Virus record (IMG/VR): IMGVR_UViG_3300025127_007751
Location: 968-64,967 of that record
Reading direction: 5' to 3' (one strand)
Source: a virus
Lineage: Duplodnaviria > Caudoviricetes
Length of the DNA: 64,000 bases
Shown one piece after another: positions 28,567-39,562 of the stretch. Made by a program: the position numbers and the translations under genes. Positions within the stretch are counted from its first letter, which is position 1. Every line of letters starts with the position of its first letter. A model generated the notes under the pieces. The model ran no database searches. It saw only the letters and a program-made list of their open reading frames with translations, and was not told the origin of the DNA.

Positions 28567-29815
28567 ACCCTTTTATTTCTTTTGTGTTTAACTTAAACTT
28601 ACTAAATATTAATCTAATCTTATCTAAAAGATCCGTTTCTTTTTCATCTAAATCGAATAAAAATGAATCATAAGTATATAAAATTAATTTAGTATTATAA
28701 TCTTTTAATAAAGAAAACATCTCCCATAATATCATAACATTTGTTGACGTCTCCAAGTTTTGTAAAATATAATTAAATAATTTTTGCGGATTCATGTTCT
28801 CATAATTATTTTTATTAAAAACGTAATTAGAAACAGGACAAATAACGTCCTTTCCCTCCTCAAAATTAGTCCAAATATTCCGTATATACTGTTTTATTTT
28901 TTGAAAATATTCCAGATGCTCATATTGTCTAAAAACACCTCCATATAACTGTTTAAACGTAAGTTCTTTAGATTTAGCATAGCTTACTCCGTAAAGCTTC
29001 GCCATATGACTATGAATATCCACAGTGGGGAAATTATAATCAATGAGGCTACAAGACAAGCTAGGATGATAGGCACTGATATCAATTTCACAAAATATAT
29101 TATTGCTCGGTATAAATGATTTTCTACATCCATTTTCTTTATTAAGTGCTGCATAATTTACTCCTTTAAATTTATTACTAGGTCTAGTTGTTAATGTTTT
29201 TAAGTTGTACTGACTGTGGACGTATTCACCTGATACCTCATGGAAGTACTCTTTGAAGGTTGGTACGTGTATTCGTAATCCACTTCGCTCGATAGCGTTG
29301 AAAACCACTGATACCCTGTTGTTGAAGAACTCACTATATTTTGTTTTTTCATTTTTGATATTATCTTTTAGATCCCTAAAAATTTGCTCACATAATTCAT
29401 AATGCTTGACAATAGGAATAATTAAATTTAATTCATCATTATCTCTATGTTTCCTATAGTAATAATCATGTGTAATTGTTGAAGGTCGTATATACGTAGT
29501 AGGAGGTATATTAATGTCATAAAGAGTTTTTAGTGGAAAATAATGTAATATTTCTTTTTTATCCCTACAATATAAAATATCAAATTTTTTAAGTATAGCG
29601 TCTATACCCGTTTTATTTACATTAATTCCTTCACTATGGTTAATACATATAATATAACCTTTATCCGCTAAAATCGGTTTCAAATACAGTAAAGATACAT
29701 TATTTTTAGCCGGGTGGGTTAAATCATTATAGGGAATAATTTCTATAAATGCTTCTTTATAACCACTATTGTAAAAACACTTTAACTGCTCTATATCTTC
29801 TATAAGCCAGTACAT
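28544..29815 (-). CDS. short, divergent family A DNA polymerase
   Basis: TLTTRPS...NYAAL, motif A EIDISAYHP, motif B KELTFKQLYG, NYILQ, motif C LYTYDS. Confidence 0.8.
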   Translation of the reverse strand: MYWLIEDIEQLKCFYNSGYKEAFIEIIPYNDLTHPAKNNVSLLYLKPILADKGYIICINHSEGINVNKTGIDAILKKFDILYCRDKKEILHYFPLKTLYDINIPPTTYIRPSTITHDYYYRKHRDNDELNLIIPIVKHYELCEQIFRDLKDNIKNEKTKYSEFFNNRVSVVFNAIERSGLRIHVPTFKEYFHEVSGEYVHSQYNLKTLTTRPSNKFKGVNYAALNKENGCRKSFIPSNNIFCEIDISAYHPSLSCSLIDYNFPTVDIHSHMAKLYGVSYAKSKELTFKQLYGGVFRQYEHLEYFQKIKQYIRNIWTNFEEGKDVICPVSNYVFNKNNYENMNPQKLFNYILQNLETSTNVMILWEMFSLLKDYNTKLILYTYDSFLFDLDEKETDLLDKIRLIFSKFKLNTKEIKGYDYNFTE

Positions 29816-29837
29816 ATAACCTTTTATTTACGTAATG

Positions 29838-30662
29838 TTAATAACTATTTCCTACGTCTCCAAATCTTCTTCTTCTTTTTTTAAGAACTATTGGTAATAA
29901 ATTTCTATGTTTATTTTCTATATGTTGCCTTCCCTCCATAGGTCCTTTACCAGGATGGATATGATAAAAACCAATATATTCTCTTCCCGTATCTTCAATT
30001 ATATATTCACCTCCAGAAGTATATAAGTTTTCATTATCACCAAATTTAAAATATTCATCATATCTATCCCTAAAATAACTAGTTAAACCTGATATATTAA
30101 AGTTATTCTGTGTTCTTTTAATTGTATTTTCATTTATTGTTACTACTTTTTCTAGTAAACCTGTTATTACCCAGGGAAGTTGAAAGGCAAAGTATAAATT
30201 ATAATCTACATTAGGTTCTCTTTTAGCATAAGAAGAATAAGTATCAAAATTTACTTCAACAATGTAGTCATCATTATTTCTAGATACAAAATATCTTTGA
30301 AATTCTCCAATTTTATAATTTTCTTTAGTAGGAATTGGATAGAATGGTTTGGGTCTAGGTGGGGGTACATCAGCTAAACCTAATTTATTATTTTTTAAAT
30401 AAGCAACGGGTGCTGTATACTGATTATGATCAGGTTGAGCATTCATTGGGTTATTTATTTCTACATCTAATTCAAATGTTTCTAATGGTACAGCTGTTGT
30501 TAATAGAACATTAGGTGGGTTATTTGGGTTTTTACCACTGTAGTATCTTCCTGATGATGTTTTAAAATAAAAACCTACGTACTCATCCCCATTAGAGGCA
30601 TAACTTAGCTCCTTACCAGAGGTATATAAATTAGTTTTTATTTGTGAAGGTGGAAAATACAT
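29838..30662 (-). CDS. hypothetical protein, probable baseplate-associated
   Basis: Repeated NLYTSGxE...YxGFY motif; last gene of the tail operon. Confidence 0.65.
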   Translation of the reverse strand: MYFPPSQIKTNLYTSGKELSYASNGDEYVGFYFKTSSGRYYSGKNPNNPPNVLLTTAVPLETFELDVEINNPMNAQPDHNQYTAPVAYLKNNKLGLADVPPPRPKPFYPIPTKENYKIGEFQRYFVSRNNDDYIVEVNFDTYSSYAKREPNVDYNLYFAFQLPWVITGLLEKVVTINENTIKRTQNNFNISGLTSYFRDRYDEYFKFGDNENLYTSGGEYIIEDTGREYIGFYHIHPGKGPMEGRQHIENKHRNLLPIVLKKRRRRFGDVGNSY

Positions 30663-30663
30663 A

Positions 30664-33600
30664 TTATTCTGGGTATTGAGTTTTTCTATTTTGGGAAAAA
30701 TTAATAATTGTTTCAATTAACTGTATTGATGGATAAACATCATATTTACCCGAACCTAAGTATGAGTTATGGGTATAAATTCCTTTAACATTATTTCTAG
30801 CATTTTTAGATTTTTTGTTTTTCTTTGGGAACATATCTTCATACCATTGTTTAGCTGCTGGTCTTAATTTGCCGCCACTAGTAAAAAAGTCTTTTGGAGC
30901 AAGAGGAATGGAAAATTTATCAGACCACGCGGCTATAACTATCCCCATTCTTTCAAGTTGTTTTTGAGGATATCTTTGATAATAACTATAACCTCTATAA
31001 GAAATATATTTATAGTATCTACCAGATGATGATTTATAATCATGTTGACCTTTATCTACTAATTTTACTGGTCTTGATACTCCACCCCATTTTTCATCAG
31101 TTCTAGTAACACCAAGCCCCGGGGAATAATAAGTAGCGGTTTTATCAAGATAAGTTCCAGATTTCTTTTTTAGAAAACCAAGACATTCAAGTTCCATTGA
31201 TAAACTTGGTTTAGAAGTAGAAGAACCAGCTCCAGTATTATTAGACCAATACTCATCAGCAAACATTTGTTCATAACCCCCATCTCTAGTAATTACATAA
31301 TGTGTGCAAAGAGGAAATGTTTTAACAGATGAATAAGACCCATCATCCTTTTTCTTTTTTCTTACTGGTATTTTGCTATCAGGTTCAGTCATTCCCCAAA
31401 TTTGAGCACAGGTTTCTGCACCATAGTTACCAGCAGTGTGGTGTAATATTATTGTTTTTTTCTCACTTACTTCAGGGTAATATAATAATCCAGATGGAGA
31501 GTTATTATTAATCATACTTACCCTTGTTGCATTAGTTCCTTTTAAAGAAGTAGTTGGAAACTCACCCTGATTTACTAAAGCTGTGTATTCTTTTACATAA
31601 ACTCCATCTATGTTTTCCCCTTGGGGAGCATCATTCTTTTTATATTTTCTTTCTTTTGGTGCCTTATCTAATTTTGGCAAAGATAAGGTTTCTAAAGTTG
31701 TAGTCCATAAATTATTAGAAATATTATGGTCAACTTTAGTTATAACAAATTTTAGAGAATCAGGATAATTGCTAGGAAGAAAAGCTTGATCAATATTAAT
31801 TCTATTATAAATATTAATACCAGATAGACCATCAATAGTAAGCCCTAATTGTAAAGGAATAAAACCTGTATTATTAGAAACTATACCATCTTCTTCATAA
31901 CTTAATTTATCTCTTTCGGATAAAAATGCTTTAAAAGAGGAAATTCCCTGTTTTATAAAATCTTTATTTATTTCCCAATATTGTGCTCCATCAGGACCAA
32001 TTGAATCTCTTTGTTTTATATCACCATTTACTCCAGCAAAAGAAAAACTTTCTAAAAAACCACCAAAAGCCCTTATTAAATAATTAAAATAATCATTAAT
32101 TGCAGCATTACTTGAAAGTACTACATCGTAATCTTCTGGGGTTAATTGAGCTACGGATTCTTTAGTCAATTTGTAAGCATAATCTTTAAGTTGGGTTTCA
32201 TATTTTGTAATATATTCACTTGGTGTTTTAGAGTATTCAGTAATTGTTGGTGATGAACTCCTTGTATCGTAATTTATAGTTTGTTTTGTAATCCAACTTA
32301 TACCAGGTATTGTAACGTTTTTATGTTGTTTTCCCTTAGGATCAGTAAAAGAAAATTTAACACCGCCATTAGTAGATCCACTTACTTTAAGGGTTTCTTT
32401 TAATTTGTTAAATGCTTCATTTTTAAGTGCCACATCATCCGTTTCCGCAGTTTCCTCGGCTTCAGATTTTATTGTTTTACTTCTACTATTTTTAGTATAT
32501 TTTTCTTCAAATCTATTTTTTAATCCTTCATTCCATTTATTAAAAGGTAAAGCAGTTAAATTATTAGTATCTGAATTAGATGCAGCTGCCCCAATAGAAA
32601 TTATATTAATTAAATCTGGTGATATTTTGGTTTGAAAATTAAAATCTTTTACAAAATTAGACTGATTTGAATCGGGGTTAAAACCAAAAATCTCAAAAGT
32701 AGGATCTTTTGATTCACTTGATTTTTTATTATCGGAACCTTTAGGTTGATTTTGTTCTAAAATATTGAAATTTATATCATCAGTTACTATGGGTTCTAAT
32801 TTAGTTACCCCAGCCATAGATCTATTAATACCATTACATAAATTTTGTAAAAACCCAAATATACTAATATTACCTTCTGAGTCAGTATTTGTGTCGATAC
32901 ATCTTAATAGAAAAGTAAAGTTCATATATAAATTCATTAAATTACCATAATAAACCCCACCTGATTCTTTTTTTACAAAATCTTTTCTACCATGAAATTT
33001 AGTTAACATCTGATAAGTTGTGTCACCTGTAGTAAAAGCTCCATCTACTATTTGTTCAGTAAATATTGGTTTATAAACACAAACTCTGGGGTCAAAAGGA
33101 ATAGAATTAAGTTCATAATTACATTTAATTTCATCACTAGCTACAAATTGTATTTGAGGAGTAGATTTAGTAGATCCATTTTTTACTTCCTTATTTACTA
33201 TATCAAAAAAATCTGTTAAAAATTCACCTAAAGCTATAAAATGTCTATTATCATAATTTTTTCCTAATTTATTTCTTACATAATTAGTTTCATATTCAGC
33301 TGATCCTGAGGCTGCAAATGTACCCCCTAAATCAGGAAGATATAAATAATTTTTATCAGTATAGGGAAAATCTGCTTTAGTAATATTTAAATCAATACTA
33401 ATTAAATCACTTCCCAAATTAGCTGTATTTCTAATTTTTTTAATTCCTTCTTCCGATGTTGTATCAACTCCCTCCTTTGAAAGAATTTGTGCATTTATAT
33501 TTCTTTTTACTGTTTCTGAAATTCCAGAACTTGGTACATTAGCTCTTAGGGAAGTAATAACACTACCTAAAGTAAGTAAGTTAAGTGTAATATCATATGT

Positions 33601-34440
33601 CCCATCACTTTGTAAATCCCAAGAAAAATTAGTTACTTTACCAAAAAATCCATCATAATTACCCTGATAAGCTTTTCTTTTGGTCTCAATAGCTGATAAA
33701 ATTTCTTTTTGTTGGTATGATTTACCTTCCGTAAACCATAAATCTTCTAATAATGTTGTTTCTGTATCTGCAATATTTGCACCTAATTCTGAAATACCTT
33801 CAGCGTATTTATCCCAACCATATTCTAATAACATAACATAACCTAACCTTAAATATAGTAATTCAATTATACCAAATTGGAATTTATTATATGCTTTTAT
33901 TGTTACAGTAGCTTTTTTAATTGATCCCCTATTTACACAATCAACGTTTACATCAATAATACCAGGAACAGGTTGCAAGCCCCTAGTGATTCCTATACCC
34001 CCATAAAGTGAGTTATTAAAAAGATTTGATTTGCTAGTTGCTACACCTGATCTAGAATCATAAATAGTTGGGATTTTTTCAACAATAGTATCATCCCCTT
34101 CTCCCGATGTGGTTTTATCATACCCAGGAGTAACTTTTTGAGTTGTATTAAATAAAACAAAATTTTTAGCTAATTTTAAACCTTTAAATTGTTCTATATC
34201 AAAAGTAGAAGTATAACCAGAAGTACTAACTAAATCTTTTAATTTTTTTTCTGCTTTAGAGGTAATTTCAACACCTGAAGCTAATTTTACCCAAGAATTT
34301 CTATTATTTAGATAATTAATAACATTATTATCTCTAACTAAAGGATTTTCATTGTAACCCGCCCCAGCAATTGCTTGTCTAGTTTTAATTTGGTTTAAAT
34401 ATACTTCATTAATATTTTCTCCTAATATATTTCCTGTCAT
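30664..34440 (-). CDS. baseplate hub-like protein with C-terminal N-acetylmuramoyl-L-alanine amidase (Amidase_2-like)
   Basis: Hub-like N-terminus (FFGKVTNFSW, KFVITKVDHNI); IILHHTAG, THYVITRDG, GIYTHNS...KYD zinc amidase motifs. Confidence 0.75.
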   Translation of the reverse strand: MTGNILGENINEVYLNQIKTRQAIAGAGYNENPLVRDNNVINYLNNRNSWVKLASGVEITSKAEKKLKDLVSTSGYTSTFDIEQFKGLKLAKNFVLFNTTQKVTPGYDKTTSGEGDDTIVEKIPTIYDSRSGVATSKSNLFNNSLYGGIGITRGLQPVPGIIDVNVDCVNRGSIKKATVTIKAYNKFQFGIIELLYLRLGYVMLLEYGWDKYAEGISELGANIADTETTLLEDLWFTEGKSYQQKEILSAIETKRKAYQGNYDGFFGKVTNFSWDLQSDGTYDITLNLLTLGSVITSLRANVPSSGISETVKRNINAQILSKEGVDTTSEEGIKKIRNTANLGSDLISIDLNITKADFPYTDKNYLYLPDLGGTFAASGSAEYETNYVRNKLGKNYDNRHFIALGEFLTDFFDIVNKEVKNGSTKSTPQIQFVASDEIKCNYELNSIPFDPRVCVYKPIFTEQIVDGAFTTGDTTYQMLTKFHGRKDFVKKESGGVYYGNLMNLYMNFTFLLRCIDTNTDSEGNISIFGFLQNLCNGINRSMAGVTKLEPIVTDDINFNILEQNQPKGSDNKKSSESKDPTFEIFGFNPDSNQSNFVKDFNFQTKISPDLINIISIGAAASNSDTNNLTALPFNKWNEGLKNRFEEKYTKNSRSKTIKSEAEETAETDDVALKNEAFNKLKETLKVSGSTNGGVKFSFTDPKGKQHKNVTIPGISWITKQTINYDTRSSSPTITEYSKTPSEYITKYETQLKDYAYKLTKESVAQLTPEDYDVVLSSNAAINDYFNYLIRAFGGFLESFSFAGVNGDIKQRDSIGPDGAQYWEINKDFIKQGISSFKAFLSERDKLSYEEDGIVSNNTGFIPLQLGLTIDGLSGINIYNRINIDQAFLPSNYPDSLKFVITKVDHNISNNLWTTTLETLSLPKLDKAPKERKYKKNDAPQGENIDGVYVKEYTALVNQGEFPTTSLKGTNATRVSMINNNSPSGLLYYPEVSEKKTIILHHTAGNYGAETCAQIWGMTEPDSKIPVRKKKKDDGSYSSVKTFPLCTHYVITRDGGYEQMFADEYWSNNTGAGSSTSKPSLSMELECLGFLKKKSGTYLDKTATYYSPGLGVTRTDEKWGGVSRPVKLVDKGQHDYKSSSGRYYKYISYRGYSYYQRYPQKQLERMGIVIAAWSDKFSIPLAPKDFFTSGGKLRPAAKQWYEDMFPKKNKKSKNARNNVKGIYTHNSYLGSGKYDVYPSIQLIETIINFSQNRKTQYPE

Positions 34441-34442
34441 AA

Positions 34443-34748
34443 CTAAATACTTTCATTAAAGGCATTATATTGTGCTATTGCTCCCCCTACATTTTGTGGA
34501 ATACGTATTTGAACTCCAAAAGGTGGAATTATAGAATTTTGTTCTAATTGGGGGTTGGCAACTGAAATTAACCACCAAAGACTAGAATCACCATAATACT
34601 GCTGAGCTAAAATGTCAAATCTATCACCTTCATCTGTATAAACATAAATGTCATTGAAGCTTAAGGGTATATCTGGGTATTTGGTTGTTCCATAATATCT
34701 TTTTCCCTTATCTGTTGAAAATGAATCTATTTTACTATATCTACTCAT
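34443..34748 (-). CDS. LysM/tail-X-like baseplate protein
   Basis: GDRFDILAQQYYGDSSLWWLISVAN...QIRIP. Confidence 0.8.
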   Translation of the reverse strand: MSRYSKIDSFSTDKGKRYYGTTKYPDIPLSFNDIYVYTDEGDRFDILAQQYYGDSSLWWLISVANPQLEQNSIIPPFGVQIRIPQNVGGAIAQYNAFNESI

Positions 34749-36900
34749 CTTTAATTAAATATTGATAATCTGCAGAATTAGCCGTTGGATTACCTGTTGG
34801 ACCATAATTTGTTGTATAACCGTTAGTTAATGCTATAAAATGTTCTTTACCTACATTATTAATAACACCTTCTCCTTTATCTGTTGGTAACGCAGATCCA
34901 CTATTTTGATTAGCGTCTATTTCACCAAATGTATTTTGTTGTACCCTTGGTACAAATTTTTCTATTGGAATAAAGTTAAAACCACTAACATTTATTCTAT
35001 GAGGCATTTCTTTAACTGATTGATCAGATCCTCCATTTTCATCTATTGCTACTTCCCAAGGTGAATCTGTAGGTATTTCATAAGTAAAAGATGTTACAAT
35101 ACCAGGTTGTTCAAAAAAGTAACCACCAACAGTTAAAGTAACTAAATTCCCCCTCATATATCCAAATTTAGAATAATCTGGCGCCATCATTGAAGCCATA
35201 TAGTTTAATTTTTGATACATAACCATTAATTCTGGTTTTGATTGGGCTACTACAGTCCAACCTAAATTAACAGATCTATCATATCCTTGATAATTATAGA
35301 AATTTTCTCCACGACCCATGTATTTTTGAGTATCCCAAGTTGCATTATAAGAATCTGACATTTCATTTATAAAAGCTCTAAAATGCATATAAGTTTTTTT
35401 ACTAGGATCATTATTATCAATAACACCGATTCTAAACTTAACTAAGTCATTTAAATCACTATCAAAAGTTGTACCACCAATATCATTTTTATATAAAACT
35501 TTACCCGTTATCTTATCTAGAGCCCCTAATGGTTTTCCAGTAGCAGGATCAGTTATACCCTTAGAATAAGATAATTTTTGGGTTGGAGAATAACCTCCTG
35601 GATTTCCTAATGATACTCTATTTTCTATATTTTCTGTTAAATAATCAGGTGATTGGGGTTGGTCACTTAGATTTTGTCTAAAATCTTGTAAAATTTGTCT
35701 TCCTGTGTATATATTATTTTTTCCACCATCATTAATTGATCCAGATGAAACCGAGTTCATTAATTGACCATAATCTAAAGTAGTACCTAATCCTCTAACA
35801 TTGGCCGTATTAGAAATAAAACCATCTTGAAAAACATTATTACTCCATTCTTTAATTTCTCCAGTATTAATATCATCATTAGTAGTTTTATATTCTTGGC
35901 CTACAACATCCAATAAATTGACCCCCATTAAAGTTTCGTAAACTCTACTTACTGAACTAGGGTTAAATATTTTAGCACCCTGGAAATTAATATTTCTTGG
36001 ATTTTTGAAAATAGAATAATCTTCAAAACCTGGATTAGAACCAGAAACAGTATTACTTAGGGTTCCACCAAATATAGCTCTAATTATATTGCCTAAAAAA
36101 GTTCCTCCAGGAGTTTTTATTTGAGTACCAAAAAAGCTATTATTATTTAAAAAAACATTATTTCTTCCCGTTCTATCTGAAGCTAATCTTATATTAGTTT
36201 TTCCAACACCAACAACAGAACCGGGACCTCCTGAGTAGTCATACAAAATATTTTTTCCATTACTATTTCCAATTATATGAGTATTATAAAAAGAAACCAA
36301 TCTACTTAGGGTTTCTCCCCCATTATTAGCTTGAAATCTTTCTTGTGCTGCATCAGTTTCAAAATAAATAGGATTTCTTAAAGGTAATCTATTTAGGAAA
36401 TTAGTAAGTGTAACACCCCCACTAGCATTAGATTCAGAAGTAGAAGCAAAGGGATTTATACCTTGTTTTAATAAATGGCCTCCAAAGGCATTTACACCAG
36501 CTTGTGCTAAAGTAGAGGTAGGTAAGTAAACACCATTATTTAATGGTAATCTGTTTGAGTCAAATGGGTTAAAATTACTTAAAAAACCCGCATTTGAATT
36601 ATCCTTAGCTTTTATATTTACAGAAGTTCTAGATAATATTTCCTGTTTAGCTGTAAATAAAATACCATTAGGTGATTTTAAATCAGTAAACATTTTATTT
36701 AACCTAGATACATCCTGTACTGATCTACCTGGGGCCAATGTTCCTCCCCTTAGAAGAAAATCTTCAACTTCTAAAGCGGGGTTAATATCACCAGTAGGTA
36801 TAGGAGTTGTAATATATGGTTGACCACTACTAGCACCATCACGTCTATCCCTCCCATACCTTAATGATTTAAGATCGGTTGTAAGGTTAACTAGGGGCAT
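34741..36900 (-). CDS. baseplate / tail-tube initiator-like protein
   Basis: C-terminal tube-like domain (FRAFI..MSDSY.ATW...YMGRGE); follows tape measure. Confidence 0.6.
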   Translation of the reverse strand: MPLVNLTTDLKSLRYGRDRRDGASSGQPYITTPIPTGDINPALEVEDFLLRGGTLAPGRSVQDVSRLNKMFTDLKSPNGILFTAKQEILSRTSVNIKAKDNSNAGFLSNFNPFDSNRLPLNNGVYLPTSTLAQAGVNAFGGHLLKQGINPFASTSESNASGGVTLTNFLNRLPLRNPIYFETDAAQERFQANNGGETLSRLVSFYNTHIIGNSNGKNILYDYSGGPGSVVGVGKTNIRLASDRTGRNNVFLNNNSFFGTQIKTPGGTFLGNIIRAIFGGTLSNTVSGSNPGFEDYSIFKNPRNINFQGAKIFNPSSVSRVYETLMGVNLLDVVGQEYKTTNDDINTGEIKEWSNNVFQDGFISNTANVRGLGTTLDYGQLMNSVSSGSINDGGKNNIYTGRQILQDFRQNLSDQPQSPDYLTENIENRVSLGNPGGYSPTQKLSYSKGITDPATGKPLGALDKITGKVLYKNDIGGTTFDSDLNDLVKFRIGVIDNNDPSKKTYMHFRAFINEMSDSYNATWDTQKYMGRGENFYNYQGYDRSVNLGWTVVAQSKPELMVMYQKLNYMASMMAPDYSKFGYMRGNLVTLTVGGYFFEQPGIVTSFTYEIPTDSPWEVAIDENGGSDQSVKEMPHRINVSGFNFIPIEKFVPRVQQNTFGEIDANQNSGSALPTDKGEGVINNVGKEHFIALTNGYTTNYGPTGNPTANSADYQYLIKDE

Positions 36901-36909
36901 AATTTACAT

Positions 36910-37098
36910 TTAAGCTTGTACGTTTCCTGTAGTATCAACAGCTCTTGGTGAATCAGAAACATAATCTTGGTAAGTACCATCCGAAAATGTATTATTAATT
37001 GGAATAGTACTACCATCTTTTAATGGTCCTTTTGGTGTTTCACCTTTTAATGGAGTTAATGTTGATCCTTTTTCTTCAAATTTTTTTAATAAAGGCAT
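36910..37098 (-). CDS. small hypothetical tail-region protein
   Basis: 62 aa ORF downstream of a phage promoter-like motif. Confidence 0.65.
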   Translation of the reverse strand: MPLLKKFEEKGSTLTPLKGETPKGPLKDGSTIPINNTFSDGTYQDYVSDSPRAVDTTGNVQA

Positions 37099-37136
37099 AA
37101 TTTTAAATTTAAAAATTGTTATTTGTTATAAATATG

Positions 37137-39176
37137 TTACTGGATTGGAAATGCGCTTAAGCCTGCTACTGTACCCACTTGTATTGAATCCATATTAAGT
37201 TTAGGTTCAGGTTTATTTGCTATAGTTTTAAGTAAATTTTTCATTTCCATTAATTCCTTAGCCGCTTTATCATCTCCTGTATTTCCCGTTTGTATATTAG
37301 GTGAAACAGCAATACCATCTCCTGCTGCTGTAACTGTTGTAGCTCCAAATTTATCAGTAATAGTAAAAGGTCCTTTACCAGGGGGTGCAACACCATCAGC
37401 AACAGCATTTATTGTACCTGCAACCACCGCAGCAGCGGCTATACCTGCAATAACTGGGCCAGTTGCTACTCCAAATGATAAAGCTATTGCCATTGCCGCA
37501 GCAGCTGCAGCTGCTATAATTAAAAAATTACCTAGCTTAGCCATTTGATCACCTAAATTTTCGGTAGCTATTTTTTGTTGCTCCTGTAAAGAAAGTGCTT
37601 GTTCTTGTCTTACAATTTCAGCAGCATTTCTTTCTTCTTCTTTCTTTAATTCCTCATCTTTTTGAGCTGCTAAAGCTTCACCATTAAGTACCTGATCAGA
37701 TAATTGATCTACAGACATTCCTAAAGCTGCAGCTAAAGCTTGTTGTTGAATAACATTCATATTTTGAAGTTCCTCTAAACTACCCGCTTCTCTAACTAGC
37801 TCCCTCATTAAGCCTTCTTGATCTCCAACTAAGGCTGCTTGTCTAGCTGCTTCTAAATTTAAATCCCTACCAAGTAATAGCTCGGCTTCCATTTCTTTTT
37901 CAATAGATGATTGAAAGTCTAAAAGTTGACCTGCAGCACCTGCTATTGCATCCATTTCTACACCTAGTGATTTAGCAACAGATACAGCTTTAGCTAATCC
38001 ACCTGGGAATTTATCAAGATTTAATCTTGTTTGACCTGTAATTTTACCTGCGTCTTCTAAAACATTTTTAAGGTTTAATCTAATTCCAAATTCTTTTTCT
38101 GCACTACGTAACTGTTCGGCTGCATTTAAACTTAGATTTTTTACGGGTTTTCCAGTTGCCATAGCTAATTTAGCTAATTCTCCAGTAGATTCAGCCGATA
38201 ATTTAAGTCTTCCTTGTAATTCTCCTGCTGCTTCCGCAACTTCTTTATCAAAAACAATTGCGGTACCACCTAAAGCAGTATTTAGGGATTTTATACCCTC
38301 CATTTGTTCTTTAAAAGTAATTTTTGTTAAGTCTCCAAGAAAATCACCAACTGTTCCCGTTAATTCAGTTTTAAGTGCTTTAGCTTCGTCTTTAGACATA
38401 CTAAGATCCCTTGCTAAATCGGTTACTTTTTGGTCTGAGTCTAAAAATATTGAAGTTAATTTACTAGCAACAGCAAAAAGAGCACCAGCCGCTAAAGCTG
38501 ACTTATCTAAATTATCGAACATGTTGCCAACTTGAATTTTAGCTTTTTTAAAGGCATCTCCTGTTTTACTACCAGTAGATACCATATTTTCTATATCAGC
38601 TTTGGATTGTTTAGAAGCAGCATCCATATCAAAAAACTTATTAAGGGCTCCTAAACCAATCTTATCAAGAAGATCTGTTGTTGCTTTACCAATTTTGGAA
38701 ATAATATTAAGAGATTTCTCCTGAGCTTTTATTCTATCAAGTTCTATATTTAATAGTCCCTCTTCAGTATCAAGTGATTTTAATAAGGCTTCATTATCTT
38801 CTTCACTAATTGCAAGTCCCTCAGCTCTTGCTGATTCAATATCGTCTAAAACTTGTTGTCTTCTATTTTGTACATCATTTATAAGTTGTTCGGCTTTAGC
38901 TTGACTTCCGGCACCTTTATCAATTTGTTCCTGTAATTTTTTTCTTTCATCTCCTGTTTTTTTAGTAGCTTCGGCTGCTTTAGATAAACCTTTATTAAAT
39001 TGTGTTTGTAATTTTTCTAAAATTTTAGCATTATTTATAGATTTTTCCTGAGGAGTAAGAAAGCCCTCCTTAAATGTAACAGCTAAAGATTTTAAGGTAG
39101 TATCCAGATCTAATAATACCGACTGTAAGTCTTCGGCATTATCACCTGCTTTTTTAATATCATCACCAATTGCCAT
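37137..39176 (-). CDS. tail tape measure protein
   Basis: Ala-rich helical protein with TM-like C-terminal stretch; follows tail chaperones. Confidence 0.8.
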   Translation of the reverse strand: MAIGDDIKKAGDNAEDLQSVLLDLDTTLKSLAVTFKEGFLTPQEKSINNAKILEKLQTQFNKGLSKAAEATKKTGDERKKLQEQIDKGAGSQAKAEQLINDVQNRRQQVLDDIESARAEGLAISEEDNEALLKSLDTEEGLLNIELDRIKAQEKSLNIISKIGKATTDLLDKIGLGALNKFFDMDAASKQSKADIENMVSTGSKTGDAFKKAKIQVGNMFDNLDKSALAAGALFAVASKLTSIFLDSDQKVTDLARDLSMSKDEAKALKTELTGTVGDFLGDLTKITFKEQMEGIKSLNTALGGTAIVFDKEVAEAAGELQGRLKLSAESTGELAKLAMATGKPVKNLSLNAAEQLRSAEKEFGIRLNLKNVLEDAGKITGQTRLNLDKFPGGLAKAVSVAKSLGVEMDAIAGAAGQLLDFQSSIEKEMEAELLLGRDLNLEAARQAALVGDQEGLMRELVREAGSLEELQNMNVIQQQALAAALGMSVDQLSDQVLNGEALAAQKDEELKKEEERNAAEIVRQEQALSLQEQQKIATENLGDQMAKLGNFLIIAAAAAAAMAIALSFGVATGPVIAGIAAAAVVAGTINAVADGVAPPGKGPFTITDKFGATTVTAAGDGIAVSPNIQTGNTGDDKAAKELMEMKNLLKTIANKPEPKLNMDSIQVGTVAGLSAFPIQ

Positions 39177-39211
39177 AAAGATGTTTTGTTATAAATATTA
39201 AAAAATGAAAT

Positions 39212-39562
39212 TTATTTGTATGAAGAACGTTTAAAAGCTTGTTTAGGATTTTGTTTATTAAACTTAGGAGGATTAATCTTTCCCGTTTTTTGATCTAAAA
39301 TATTAGTTGTACCTTTTCCTTTTCTGGAATCGTTCATTTGTTTAGTTAATTTTTTATTGTATTCATCTATTTCATTAAATACAAATTTTCTTAACCAAAT
39401 AGGCATATTATATACAGTACCAAAATCATAGCCACCATTACCATGGTAAACAATATTATGGATTTGAGTAAATAAATTTTTACGAAATTCCCCAGAATTA
39501 CTTAACGTCAGGCCAAAAAAACGATAATCCAATGGGAATGTTTGCTTTTTCGTCTGATCCAT
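39212..39562 (-). CDS. tail assembly chaperone frameshift extension (gpT / T4 gp51-like)
   Basis: YNMPIWLRKF motif; overlaps upstream gene across a T7 run. Confidence 0.7.
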   Translation of the reverse strand: MDQTKKQTFPLDYRFFGLTLSNSGEFRKNLFTQIHNIVYHGNGGYDFGTVYNMPIWLRKFVFNEIDEYNKKLTKQMNDSRKGKGTTNILDQKTGKINPPKFNKQNPKQAFKRSSYK

